From positions 206,710,001 to 206,774,000 of the forward strand of contig NC_058368.1 of the NCBI RefSeq assembly GCF_018350175.1: a stretch of DNA of 64,000 nt. Reading direction: 5' to 3'. Positions within the stretch are counted from its first letter, which is position 1. Each line of letters opens with the position of its first letter. Made by a program: the position numbers and the translations under genes. The DNA comes from Felis catus (taxonomy: Eukaryota). The notes under the pieces were generated by a model. It was not told where the DNA came from. It was given only the letters and a program-made list of their open reading frames with translations, and did not search any database. This document shows positions 51,807 to 63,686 of this stretch, in pieces.

Positions 51807-52189
51807 CAGAGGGCTACCATTGCCTGTAGCAGTAGCCTTGACAACACATCTAATTTTGTCCCCCCGACCCCGTGTCTCATTCTCCATACTTCTTCAGTTC
51901 TGCTTTTTACTTTTTGAGATCACCTTGAAGATTAACTACCTGTATTCAAGTTCTTTTCTGCGAGTTAAGTTAGATGGTTTAATCTCTGTTTAACAGTTAA
52001 ATTGTGAGTGTTATCTATGCTCAGAACGACTTGTCAACAATATATCCTTTGTGAATCTCAGAATATATCCTAAATTCTTTCCCTTCTCAGTGTTCTAGGA
52101 TGTCCATTGTTTCTCCTCAAATCCATTTCATTTTTAAAAAGAAAAATCGCTCTTATTGTGTATTCCATCTGTCTGGGTTGACAGCATTC

Positions 52190-52401
52190 TTTTTTTTTAA
52201 GTTTATTTATTTATTTTGAGAGACACAGAGACACACAAGTGGGGAGGGGCCGAGAGAGAGGGGGAGAGAGAGAATCCCAAGCAGGTTCCGCCCCATCAGC
52301 ACGGAGCCTGATGCAGGACTCAAACTCATGAAACCATGAGATCATGACCTGAGCTGAAACCAAGAGTCGGACGCTTAACCAACTGAGCCAGCCAGGCACC
52401 A
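52190..52401 (-). mobile_element. CAN-SINE
   Basis: TSD gttgacagcattct/gttgatagcattct. Confidence 0.95.
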
Positions 52402-53799
52402 TTGAGTTGATAGCATTCTAAGCTTTATCAGGCTCCTTTCTTGTTGTTGGAAATCAGAGAAAAAGTCAGTCAAATGTGAATTCATCATGACCTCATTCAT
52501 TCCAAGAGAAGAATTGACCAGAAAGGCAAATAGCAAAAACTCACCTGTGTGATGCTGTTATTCTTTATTTTCTTGCTTTTATTTTGAAAGATATGACATT
52601 TTTTCTCTCTTTCCTGCTTATTCTCTTTTTTTTTTTTTTTTTTTTGGTGTAGGGGGGTTGATTATCACTCCTGCTTTTTGTTATTATTGTTGTTGCTTTC
52701 CAGCAATGATAATAATCTCTTTCCTTTAAAAATTCTCAGTGATTCCCACATCGATATATGACCATGTTTCCGTGTACTAACAGCAACCTGTTTGCCACGT
52801 TTCAGAGACTCTGGCATGAGCTTACCCTGTTCTTCTTCCATTAGTGTTCCTTTTGCTTTTGAACAGGAAGGGTATTAGCCAAAGTTGATGAAGTGATTCT
52901 AGCCTTCAGAAGTTGATGACATGATCATCTAGTCTGCTTCTTGTATTTACCTATTTTGTTCAGTAGCTCAAGAATCTGTTTACTTCCAGTGAACCTAAAA
53001 TTTGAATTTCAAAACAGAAGAAGTTTTTCTTGGGCAAGGTCAAGAATTATCACTGAGATTAAAAACCCTGAGGATAGCAATAAGACCTCTGGACTAGCTT
53101 CATTCCAACAATCTACGAATGCATAAAATTCGTGTACCTTGCAAACAGCAAATGATCCACACACCTTTATTTCCTCTTCAAAAGCTGTAATGTACTAAAA
53201 TGCTTCATAAAAGTCAAGTCATGAAATGCATTTTAGAAAATTCTTTTAATCCTACCCATGATTTTTCCCTATGAAAATAAAAGAATCCATTCTCTGACTT
53301 ATTTTTATTTTCCCCATTATTTTATGCATTTTAATTTGCAGAAATCCTGGAGCTTTTAAAAAATGGGCATGGTGAAAACTTGCATCTGAGGAAGTGGCGT
53401 GCCAGTTTTTAACTTAGCTGATATGATCTAAGTATTCATTTTCAACCTTGATATTAATTTCAGGGAAAGAAAACAATGTGTAAAACTCAAACTAAATGGC
53501 AGTTCCCTGAACATGCAGCAATAGCCTCCTTTCGTAAAACTTGCTGAGATGGAATGAAAGGAGAGAATGAATGTGCATTCCTTTATTGGAAACATTGCTT
53601 TTCAGATTATCCAGATATCATACTATAAATTAAAAAACAAACAAACCCTGGACTCCCCTCAGTAGAGACAATAAGTTTCAAGTCTTTTATTTCATACACA
53701 AAATTAGGATCCTATTTAGTTGGGCATAAACTTTTTACATGCTGGTTTTTATCATACTTTCAAAAAAGATTACATTGTCTTTAAAGTAATGATCTTTAA

Positions 53800-53955
53800 G
53801 AGACTGTTAAAAACTGAGAACAAACTGAGGGTTGATGGGGGGTGGGAGGGAGGGGAGGGTGGGTGATGGGTATTGAGGAGGGCACCTTTTGGGATGAGCA
53901 CTGGGTGTTGTATGGAAACCAATTTGACAATAAATTTCATATATTGAAAAAAAAA
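53800..53955 (+). mobile_element. Very short young felid L1 3' end (156 bp)
   Basis: G-rich 3' UTR and A tail; exact 18-bp TSD taaagtaatgatctttaa (53782-53799, 53956-53973). Confidence 0.95.
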
Positions 53956-54007
53956 TAAAGTAATGATCTTTAATCTTTATTACATAGTCTTTAAAAACAT
54001 TATTTTC

Positions 54008-54228
54008 GGGGCGCCTGGGTGGCGCAGTCGGTTAAGCATCCGATTTCAGCCAGGTCACGATCTCGCGGTCTGTGAGTTCGAGCCCCGCGTCGGGCTCTGG
54101 GCTGATGGCTCAGAGCCTGGAGCCTGTTTCCGATTCTGTGTCTCCCTCTCTCTCTGCCCCTCGCCCGTTCATGCTCTGTCTCTCTCTGTCCCAAAAATAA
54201 ATAAACGTTGAAAAAAAATTAAAAAAAA
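54008..54228 (+). mobile_element. Young felid SINE (SINEC_Fc-like)
   Basis: Near-identical to 32703-32920; TSD cattattttc. Confidence 0.97.
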
Positions 54229-54421
54229 AAAACCATTATTTTCAATGTCTGCATAATGCTTCATGGTACAGTTTTGTCATTTTTCATGGCATCACTCCCT
54301 GAATAGATGGGTAACTCTTTACTTCCATTTTTTTTTTTTTTTTACATAAATGTTTTCCATCTCAAATTATATCATTAGGAAAGATACCTATAAGTGGGCT
54401 TCAGGAATTAAAATGTTGAAC

Positions 54422-54650
54422 TTTTTTTAAAAAATTTTTTAAAAGTTTATTTATCTATGTATTTATTTTTTGAGAGAGAGAATGAGCCAGGGAGGGGCAG
54501 AGAGAGAGGGAGACAGAGAATCCGAGCAGGCTCTGCACAGCGCTGACAGTGCAGAGCCTAACACAGGGCTTGAATTCACAAACCGCTAGGTCATGACCTG
54601 AGCTAAAACCAAGAGTCAGATGCTTAAACAGCCGAGCCACCCAGGCATCT
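54422..54650 (-). mobile_element. CAN-SINE (within an old antisense L1 remnant ~54240-55000)
   Basis: Antisense head gagccacccaggcat. Confidence 0.93.
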
Positions 54651-55123
54651 GAAAGTGTGGAGCTCTACAGAAATTCCTTGCTACCAAACCCTGGTGGTGT
54701 GCTCGTGTCCCTGCAGCTTCAGCAACACGGCGTTTTACTTTTTCTGTATCATTGCCAACTTGATTGGGAACCTCCTTAAGTGTTTCTCATTGGGTAGTTG
54801 TCATTTATTTGATTACAAATGAGGTTTTGATATTTTCCATATCTGTTATGTGTTCAAGTTTCTGTTTCTGTGAATTTTTGTTTCTGCTTTCAGTCCATTT
54901 ATCTGTGAGACTCTTGATATACCTGTGACTAATTCAAAGCTCTATTACACCTCTGTGGACACTGGTAAAAACATTGTGATCATGTGTCATGATTTTGTAT
55001 TATGACTTTAGATTTTTTATTCCTCAGCACTAGGAGTGATATTTGATGAGACAGCCTTTGAACACTTAGGGTGTTTTGATACTTCCTGGTCAAGAAGAAA
55101 TCAGTAATTTATAGTGTGGTTAC

Positions 55124-55469
55124 TGTTAGGGTCAGGCATAAGGCAGGGTAAAGATAGGAGTCAGAGGCTAAAAAATTTTAGCAGTCAAAGGCTTTATTTG
55201 GGAACTAAGGTCTCGGGCGAGGTTCTGTGACTCAGGGAGAGAGAGAGAGAGGAGTCAGGGAAGTCCACCCAGGTGTGGTGGGATGGGGTGGGGTTTTTAA
55301 GCTGCTGCAGTTCCGGGTTTAGGTCTGGGTGGGCCTTTTTTGTGTCAGGTCGTGCTATCGCTGGTGATTGGTTGACCTCCGATTCGTTCTGGCAGCTACT
55401 AGGGGCTTTTCATTAGGTTGGATGGCAAGATGGCCATCCCTCTACTGTGGCTCCAGGGACATCCTAACA
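55124..55469 (-). mobile_element. ERV-type solo LTR (346 bp)
   Basis: 7-bp terminal inverted repeat tgttagg/cctaaca; exact 5-bp TSD gttac; minus-strand CCAAT, TTAAAA box and AATAAA (55193-55198). Confidence 0.9.
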
Positions 55470-55626
55470 GTTACAAGAAGTACAACTGACTAAGCTTCCT
55501 GACTGGAGGTATATTAAACAATACAGGCAAAGATACACAGCTAGTTTGGAGTGGAGTTCCAGCTAATATCCAAATCTTCTAAATCACCTTTGTTTATGTG
55601 TCAGTAGCAGATTCTAAGAAACTTCT

Positions 55627-55817
55627 TTTCATTCTTTTTTTTTTTTTTTTTTTTTTGAGAGTGCAAGCGAGGGAGAGGGGCAGAGAGAGAGACTCTTAAG
55701 CAGGATCCCTGCCCAGTGTAGAGCCTGACATGGGGCTTGATCCCATGACCCTGGGATCATGAACTGAGCCGAAATCAAGAGTTGGATGCTCCTCTGACTG
55801 AGCCACTCAGCCGCCCC
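55627..55817 (-). mobile_element. CAN-SINE
   Basis: Exact 14-bp TSD tctaagaaacttct. Confidence 0.95.
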
Positions 55818-56082
55818 TCTAAGAAACTTCTAAAGCAGATTCCACAGTTGATGAAAGAAAAGGATGTCAAGTATGAGTAGATCTAGTGAATACTATTTCA
55901 GAATGGAGATTAACTCATCAATTCCAAATGTGTGTCTTGTCTTTTTATATTAAGAAAGGATAATCGTTAATTTTTTTCTTTTACTTAAATTATTTTAAAT
56001 AGAGTATTTTGGATACAAAGACTTTTAGGAACTCTCTATAAAGTGCTAGTTTTGAGGATTGAATTGAGTTGTGAGTATGTAT

Positions 56083-56480
56083 CTGTCATATTAGGTTATT
56101 GATTGCTGTGTAAAACATTACCCCAAAACCTAGTGTTTAAAATGAAAAACATTTATAGTCTCACAGTTTCTTTGCGTCAGGAATTTGAACATGGCATAGC
56201 TGGTTGCTTCAAGATTTCTCTGGAGGTTTCAATTAGCAGTTGGCAAGGCCTAGAGTCATTTTAAAGTTCAATCAAGGGAAGATCTTCTTTCAGAGTCACT
56301 TACATAGACCTTTTCACGCTCAGGCTTCATGTGGCAGCTAGTTTCCTCCAGAATGAGCCATCCAAGAGAGACGATGAGAAAGCACCTAAGATCAAAGCCA
56401 CAGACTTTTTGTAACCTAATCATGGTAATTCACATCAGGTGTGCTGTATTCTATTTATTGGTAGCTAGTCAGTCAGGGCA
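56083..56480 (-). mobile_element. MaLR LTR (MLT1F/G-like)
   Basis: attgctgtgtaaaacattaccccaaaacctag...tctcacagtttc...gtcaggaatttg. Confidence 0.75.
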
Positions 56481-57140
56481 GCCAAACTCCGGGGCAAGTA
56501 AAGGACAAGGTGGAAATGGAAATTATTGTAGAGAGGTCATCTGAGTGGTTGCTTGCCTTATCTTCTTTCACTTCACCCACAGATGGATTCACACACACAT
56601 GCACACACGGAATGAAATGCACACCAATAATTATCTAAAATTCACATGATTTTTACTTGATGAGTATCTATAAAATTTGAGAGACTGTTTTACTGTTTAA
56701 TAGTTTACATACATGTGAGCCAATCAGATATTTTCACTCTTCATCAAGTTGCATTTGGTCTTGCTAAGTGGAACACATTTCTTGAGACACTTGTAACTTT
56801 TCTGAGCAAACACGGAAAAAATTCCAGATCTCTTAGACTCCAGATTTATTTCCTCATTTCCTATTGCATTAAAGAGTGCTAGTGTGATATGGTTCAGTAT
56901 TTGCAATAAAATGATCTGTAGAAAGTCATGAGATTTTGTGACGCTTTTATTTGTGAAAATAATAGCCGCTTAGGCAAAGTCAAGATGTATGTTATTTTAC
57001 TAGCCTCTTAATTAAAAGCAAGTGCCAGGAGAGCCAGCTTGCAGAAAGGAGTGGCAAGATATATTCAACCTTCTGAATCAGAAAAATATGCAGCCAAGAA
57101 TTATTTATTCAGCAAGACTGTCATTCAGAATAGAAGGAGA

Positions 57141-57340
57141 AGGGAGCCTGGGTGGTTCAGTTGGTTAAGCATCTGACTTCGGCTTAGTTCATGATCTCAT
57201 AGTTTGTGAGTTCGAGCCCTGTGCTTACAGCTCAGAGCCTGGAGCCTGCTTCAGATTCTGTGTCTCCCTCTCTCTTTCCCTCCCACACTTTCATTCTGTC
57301 TCTCAAAAATAAAAATGAACATTAAAAAAACACACACACA
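57141..57340 (+). mobile_element. CAN-SINE inside L1 ORF1
   Basis: TSD aatagaaggaga. Confidence 0.95.
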
Positions 57341-57538
57341 ACAAAATAGAAGGAGAGATAGTTTCCCAGACAAACAAAAACAAAAGGAGTTTGTGACCAC
57401 TAAACCAGCGCTGCAAGAAATTTTAACGAGGACTCTTTGAGTGGAGAAAAGGGAAAACAAAACAAAAAAGACAACAGCAACAAAGAGTAGAAAGGACCAG
57501 TGAATATCATCAGACACACAAACTCTACAGGCAACACA

Positions 57539-60500
57539 ATGGCACTAAATTCATATCTTTCAATAATTACTCTAAATGTAAATGACTAAATGGTACAATC
57601 AAAAGCCATAGCATATAAGAATGGATAAGAAAACAAGACCCATCTATATGCTGCTTACAAGAGACCCATTTTAAACCTAAAGACACCTGAAAATTGAAAG
57701 TCAGGGGATGTAGAACCATCTATCATGGTAATGGATGTCAAACCAAACAAACAAACAAACAAACAAACAAACAAACAAACCAGAGTAGCCATACTTACAT
57801 CAGAAGAAGTAGATTTTATTTTATTTTATTATTTAAAATTTTTTAATGTTTATTTACTTTTGAGAGAGAGTGAGCAGGGGAGAGGCAGAGAGAGATGGAG
57901 ACACAGAATCCAAAGCAGGCTCCAGGCTCTGAAATGTCAGCACAGAGCCTGATGGGGGGCTTGAACTCAGGGACCGTGAGATCATGACCTTGGCTGAAGT
58001 TGGATGCTTAACCAACTGAGCCACCCAGGCACTCCAGACAAACTAGATTTTAAAACAAAACTATAACAAGAGATAAAAAAGGGTATTATGTCATAATTAA
58101 GGGGTCTATCCACAAGAAGATCTAACAATTGTAAACATTTATGCCTCCAACTTGAAAGCACCCAAATATATATATATCAATTAATCACAAAGATAAAGAA
58201 ACTCATTGATAATAATACCATAATAGTAGAAGACTTCAAGAACCAACTTACAGCAATGGACAGATCATCAAAGCAGAAAATCAACAAGGAAACGATGGCT
58301 TTGAATGACACACTGCACTGGATGGACTTCACAGATATATTCAGAACATTTCATCCAAAGCAGCAGAATACATATTCTTCTTGCATCCACATGGAACATT
58401 CTCCAGAATAGATTCTAACAGATCTATTCTCCAGAATAGATCACATACTGGGTGACAAATTAGCCTTCAACAAGTACAAAAAGATCGGTGTCATACCATG
58501 CATATTTCCAGACCACAACACTATGAAACTTGAAATCAACCACAAGAAAATATTTGGAAAGACCACAGATACTTGGAGATTAATCTTACTAAGGAATGAG
58601 TGGGTTAACCGAAAAATTAAAGAGGAAATTAAAAAGTACATGGAGGCCAATGAAAATGAAAACTTGAGAGTCCAAAACCTCAGGGATGCAGCAAAGGCAG
58701 TCATAAGAGGGAAGTATATAGCAATACAGGCATTCCTAAACAAGGAAGAAAGGTCTCAAATACACGACCTAACCTTATACTTAAAGGAGCTGGGAAAGAA
58801 TAGCAAATAAAGCCCAAAATCAACAGAACAAGGGAAATAATAAAGATTAGAGCAGAAATCAATTATACCAAAAAAAAAAAAAAAAAAAAAAAGAACAAAT
58901 CAATGAAACCAGGAGCTGGTTCTTTGAAAGTGTTAACAAAATTGATACATCCCTAGCCAGATTGATCAAAAAGAAAAAGGAAAGGACCTAAATAAATAAA
59001 ATCACGAATGAAAGAGGAGAGATCACAACCAACACTGCAGAAATACAAACAATAATAAAAGAATATTATAGGCAATTATATGCCAACAGATTGAGCCATC
59101 TGGAAAAATGGACAAATTCCTAGAAACATATAAACTACCAAAACTGACACAGGAAGATATGGAAAACTTGAACAGAGCCATAACCAGTAAAAAAATCGAA
59201 TCAGTAATCAAAAATATCCCAACAAACAAGAGTCCAGGGCCAGATGGCTTTCCAGGGGAATTCTACCAAACATTTAAGAAGAGTTCACACATATTCTTTT
59301 GAAGCTGTTCCAAAAAATAGAAATGGAAGGAGAACTTCCAAACTCATTCGATGAGGTCATTATTACCTTGATTCCAAAATCAAAGACCCCACTAAGGAGA
59401 ACTACAGACTAATTTCCCTGATGAAAATGGATGCAAAAATTCTCAACAAGGTACTAGCAAGCCAGATCCAACAATACATTAAAGGTATTATTCACCATGA
59501 TCAAGTGGGATTTATACCTGGGATGCAGGGCTGGTTCAATATCTGCAAATCAATCAATGTGATACATCACATTAATAAAAGAAAGGATAAGAACCCCATG
59601 ATCTTCTCAACAGATACAGAAAAAGCATTTGACAAAATATAGCATCCTTTCTTAATAAAAACCCTCAAGAAAGGGGTGGAAGGAATATACCTCAAGATCA
59701 TAAAGGTCATATTTGAAAGACCTACAGCTAATATCATCCTCAATGGGGAAAAACTGAGAGCTTTCCCCCTAAGGTCAGGAATATGATAGGGAAGTTCATT
59801 CTCACCGTTGTTATTCAAAACAGTTTGGAAGTCTTAGCCTCAGCAAACAGACAACAAAGAGAAATAAAAGATCCATATCAGCAAGGAGGGAGTCAAACTT
59901 TCACTCTTTGCAGATGACATGATACTGCATGTGGGCAACATGAAAAACCACCAAGAAACTGCTAGAGCTGATCCATGAATTCAGCAAAGTCACAGGATAT
60001 AAAATGAATGTACAGAAATCAGTTACATTTCTATACACCAATAATGAAGCAGTAGAAAGAGAAATCAAGGAATCTAACCCATTTACAATTCCACCAAAAC
60101 CCATAAAATATCTAGGAATAAACCTAACCAAAGAGGTAAAATATCTATACACTGAAAACTATGGAAAACTTATGAAAGAAATTGAAGAAGACACAAATAA
60201 ATGGAAAAACATTCCATGCTCATGGACTGGAAGAATAAATATTTTTAAAATGTCGATACTACCCAAAGTAATCTACATATTCAATGCAATCCCTATCAAA
60301 ATAACACCAGCATTCTTCACAGAGCTAGAACAAACAATTCTAAAATTTGTGTCAAACCCAGAAAGACCTCAAGTAGCCAAAGTAATGTTAAAAAAGAAAA
60401 CCAACGCTGAAGACATCACAATTCTGGACTTATACTATATTACAAAGCTGTAATCATCAAGACAGTATGGTACAAAAGCAGGCACAGAGATCAATGGAAC

Positions 60501-61466
60501 AAAATAGAAAGCTTAGAAATGGACCCACAAATGTATGATGTACTAATAATCTTTGACAAAGCAGGAAAGAATATCCAATGGAAAAAGGAGTCTCTTCAGG
60601 AAATGGTGTTGGGAAAACTGGACAGTGCCATGCAGAAGAATGAACCTGGACCACTTTCGTATACCATACACACATAGTAAACTCAAAATGGATGAAAGAT
60701 CTAAATGTAAGACAGGAAACCATCAAAATCCTAGAGGAGAAAACAGGCAACAACTTCTTTGACCTTGGCCACAGCAATTTGTTATTTGACATGTCTCTGG
60801 AGGCAAGGAAAACAAAAGCAAAAATGAACTCTTGGGACCTCATCAAGATAAAAAGCTTCTGCACGGCAAAGGAAACAATCAGCAAAACTAAAAGGCAACC
60901 AAGAGAATGGGAGAAGATATTTGCAAATGACATATTAGATAAAAGGTTAGTATCCAAAATCTATAAAGAACTTATCAAACTCAACACAAAAAACAAATAA
61001 TCCAGTGAAGAAATGGGCAAAAGACATGAATAGACACTTTTCCAAAGAAGACATCCAGATGGTTAACAGACACATGAAAAGATGTTCAACATCACTCATA
61101 ATCAGGGAAATACAAATCAAAACCACAAATTGATTCCACCTCAAACTTGTCCGAATGGCTAAAATTAACAACTCAGGAAACAACAGATGTTGGTGAGGAT
61201 GCAGAGAGAGGGGAACCCTTTTGCACTGCTGGTGGGAATGCAACCCGGAGCAGCCGCTCTGGAAAACAGTACAGAGGTTCCTTAAAAAATTTAAAAAGAG
61301 AACTACCCTATGACCCAGCAATTGCACTTCTAGGAATTTACCCAAGGGATACAAAAATACTGATTCAAAGGGGCACGTGCACTCTAATGTTTATTGCAGA
61401 ACTATCAACAACAGCCAAATTATGGAAAGAGCCCAAATGTCCATCAACTGATGATAAAGAAGATGT

Positions 61467-61470
<4 letters not shown>
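57539..61470 (+). pseudogene. Disrupted L1 ORF2 (endonuclease / reverse transcriptase)
   Basis: MALNSYLSIITLNVN start; [41 protein letters not shown] (~59904-59924); KYLGINLTK; many stops and frameshifts. Confidence 0.93.
57818..58034 (-). mobile_element. CAN-SINE inside L1 ORF2
   Basis: Degenerate TSD caga..aa.tagatttt. Confidence 0.95.
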
Positions 61471-61518
<48 letters not shown>

Positions 61519-61556
61519 CACACACACGCGCGCGCGCGCACACACACACACACACA
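61468..61556 (+). repeat. (TA)n-(CA)n-(CG)n-(CA)n compound microsatellite within L1
   Basis: Visible. Confidence 0.95.
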
Positions 61557-62293
61557 GTGAAATATTACTTGGTGATCGAAAAGAATGAAATCTTGTCATT
61601 TACAATAACCTGTATAGAACTAGAGGGTATTATGCTAAGTGAAAGAAGTCAGAGAAAAACGAAAGAAGTCAGTCAGAGAAAGACAAATATGTGATTTCAT
61701 TCACATGTGCAATTTAAGAGTTTAAGAAACAAAACAGATGAACATAAGGGAAGAAAGCAAAAAATAAGATGAAAACAGAGAGGGAGGCAAACCATAACAG
61801 ACTTAAATATATCAAACAAACTGAGGGTTGCTGGAGGAGATGCTGTATGGGGCGATGTGCTAAATGTGTCCATGGACCTTAGGGAGGCCAAATTAAAAAA
61901 AAAAAAAGTGAAATGATAATATATAAAGAAAAAAATCACTTAAAAAAAAAAGAAATGAACCTAATGTCCACTAAGGTGAAAAAAAAAAACCTAAAAAAAA
62001 AAAAAAGCTGGCTTTGTGACTGGGCCAGTAAGACGTGGTGGGGCGAATTGCTAACCTAACTTGTGTAGCTGATGTGCTACTAGGGTGTAGGGGGTCTTAT
62101 AGGAACACAAGGAAACAAAGTAAATTGTGAGCACTTTGGGGGATGGCTAATGGTTTTAATACCTAGATTAATTGGGGTTTAATTGGCAGAATGCCAGGAA
62201 TTCACAAAATTCCTAGACTCAGGAATCTAGGCAGTTTGAGAAACTCCACATGGGAAATATATGGAGTCTTCAAACTGAGCATTAGGGGTAGTG

Positions 62294-62844
62294 TGTGGTG
62301 GGCTGACTAATGGTCCACCAAATGTCCAGGTGAACCTGAAAATATGTCATAGGGATTTTACTTACCTAATGAAAGTCACAGACCTTAAAAAAGGGACATC
62401 ATCTTGGATTATTTAGGTGAGCCCAGTCTAAGATCCTTAAAAGCATACAATTTTCTCCTGCAGAGGCAGGAAAGAGATGTGATGGAAAGGGAAGTCATAA
62501 AAATTCCAAGCATGTTGCTGGTTCTGAGATGCAAGGACCCACACGCAAGGCCTGGAAAGAAGCCTCCAGAAGTTGAGGATGGCTCCCAGTTAGTAGCCAG
62601 CAAATAAATAAGACTCAGTCCCACTTCTGAAAAAAGCTGGATTCTGCCAACCTCCATGAGTTTGGAAGCAGATTCTTCTCCAGAGTTCCCAGTAAGGGAC
62701 AAAGCCCTGGTGACACCATGAATTTTAGTCTATGAGGCCTTTGATGGACTTCTAACCTACAGAACTAAGAGATGATAAATGGGTATTGTTTTAAGGTGCT
62801 AAGTTTGTGGTAGTTTGTTATGGAAACAATAGAAAACTAATACA
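62294..62844 (+). mobile_element. MaLR solo LTR (MLT1D/E-like)
   Basis: tgtggtgggc...ggattatttaggtgagccc...ttggaagcagattcttc...caatagaaaactaataca. Confidence 0.85.
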
Positions 62845-63505
62845 GAGTATGAGATGCATATCTCTTGAGAGCATGAGTGGATGCAGGAGCAGAGCAAGGA
62901 TACTGGTTAAGGGTGGTAGGTGGAATCCCTTTTAGGATACCAATATTTGAGGGGTGTGGGGAGTCCAAGGTGTGTACAAGGTTCTAGCTACCTAAGGATT
63001 TTAGTGCATAGAGAAAAGAGCACGACAGATCTCTATAGAAGGAACAAACTCATCCACCATGCAGTGCAAGACTAATTTTCTGAAATAAGACTGAGCTGAG
63101 CAGACTGCTCAGCTGAACCTAGTTAATAGTGGCCCCGGCCTTCTCATTGACTTGGGTTCTTTCATCCCAGCCCAGCCCTCAGGCCCCTACAAGGATATTG
63201 AGAGCAGCTGGTAAATTGATGGGATGAAGAAAGGGCTTACATTTACATAATAAAAGATGGTAAGGCTAGAAGACAATAAATAGAACAAGAATACACTTCG
63301 TCAATTAACACCCACAAAAGCAGGGTTACAGCATGAAAATAGACTCATCACAGGGGTGCAAATCCTGAGACAGAAAGCATTCAATGAAGTAAAGTAGAAA
63401 CAAAAACAAACCATCCTCTATTAAAGTAGCAAGTGCTTCAAATTAATAGTGTAACAAGCATATTCCTTAGCAAGATAAGCATTGTCCATTAACATGCCTA
63501 CATTA

Positions 63506-63686
63506 AAAAAACATTTTTTTTAACGTTTATTTATTTTTGAGAGAGCATGAGGAGGAGAGGGAGACCCAGGCTCCAGGCTCCGAGGCGTCAGCACAGAGCC
63601 TGACGCAAGGCTTGGGGCTCGAGCTCACAAATTGTGAGATCATGATCTGAAGTCTGATGCTCAACCTACTGAGCCACCCATGCACC
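63506..63686 (-). mobile_element. CAN-SINE
   Basis: TSD ttaacatgcctacatt/ttaacatgcctgcatt. Confidence 0.93.

Larger units (their letters stand above)
57041..62005 (+). mobile_element. 5'-truncated carnivore L1 (end of ORF1, all of ORF2, partly deleted 3' UTR, compound A tail) with two SINE insertions
   Basis: ORF1 end (cagaaaggagtggcaagatatattc), ORF2 peptides, carnivore 3' UTR. Confidence 0.96.

Noticed and set aside
57539..61470. Active L1
   Set aside because: It has no 5' UTR, a truncated ORF1, SINE insertions and many stops.
6090..63686. Recurrent ~200-bp repeats as tRNA genes or a CRISPR-like array
   Set aside because: They are dispersed tRNA-derived SINEs with A tails and TSDs, with no cloverleaf and no regular repeat-spacer structure.
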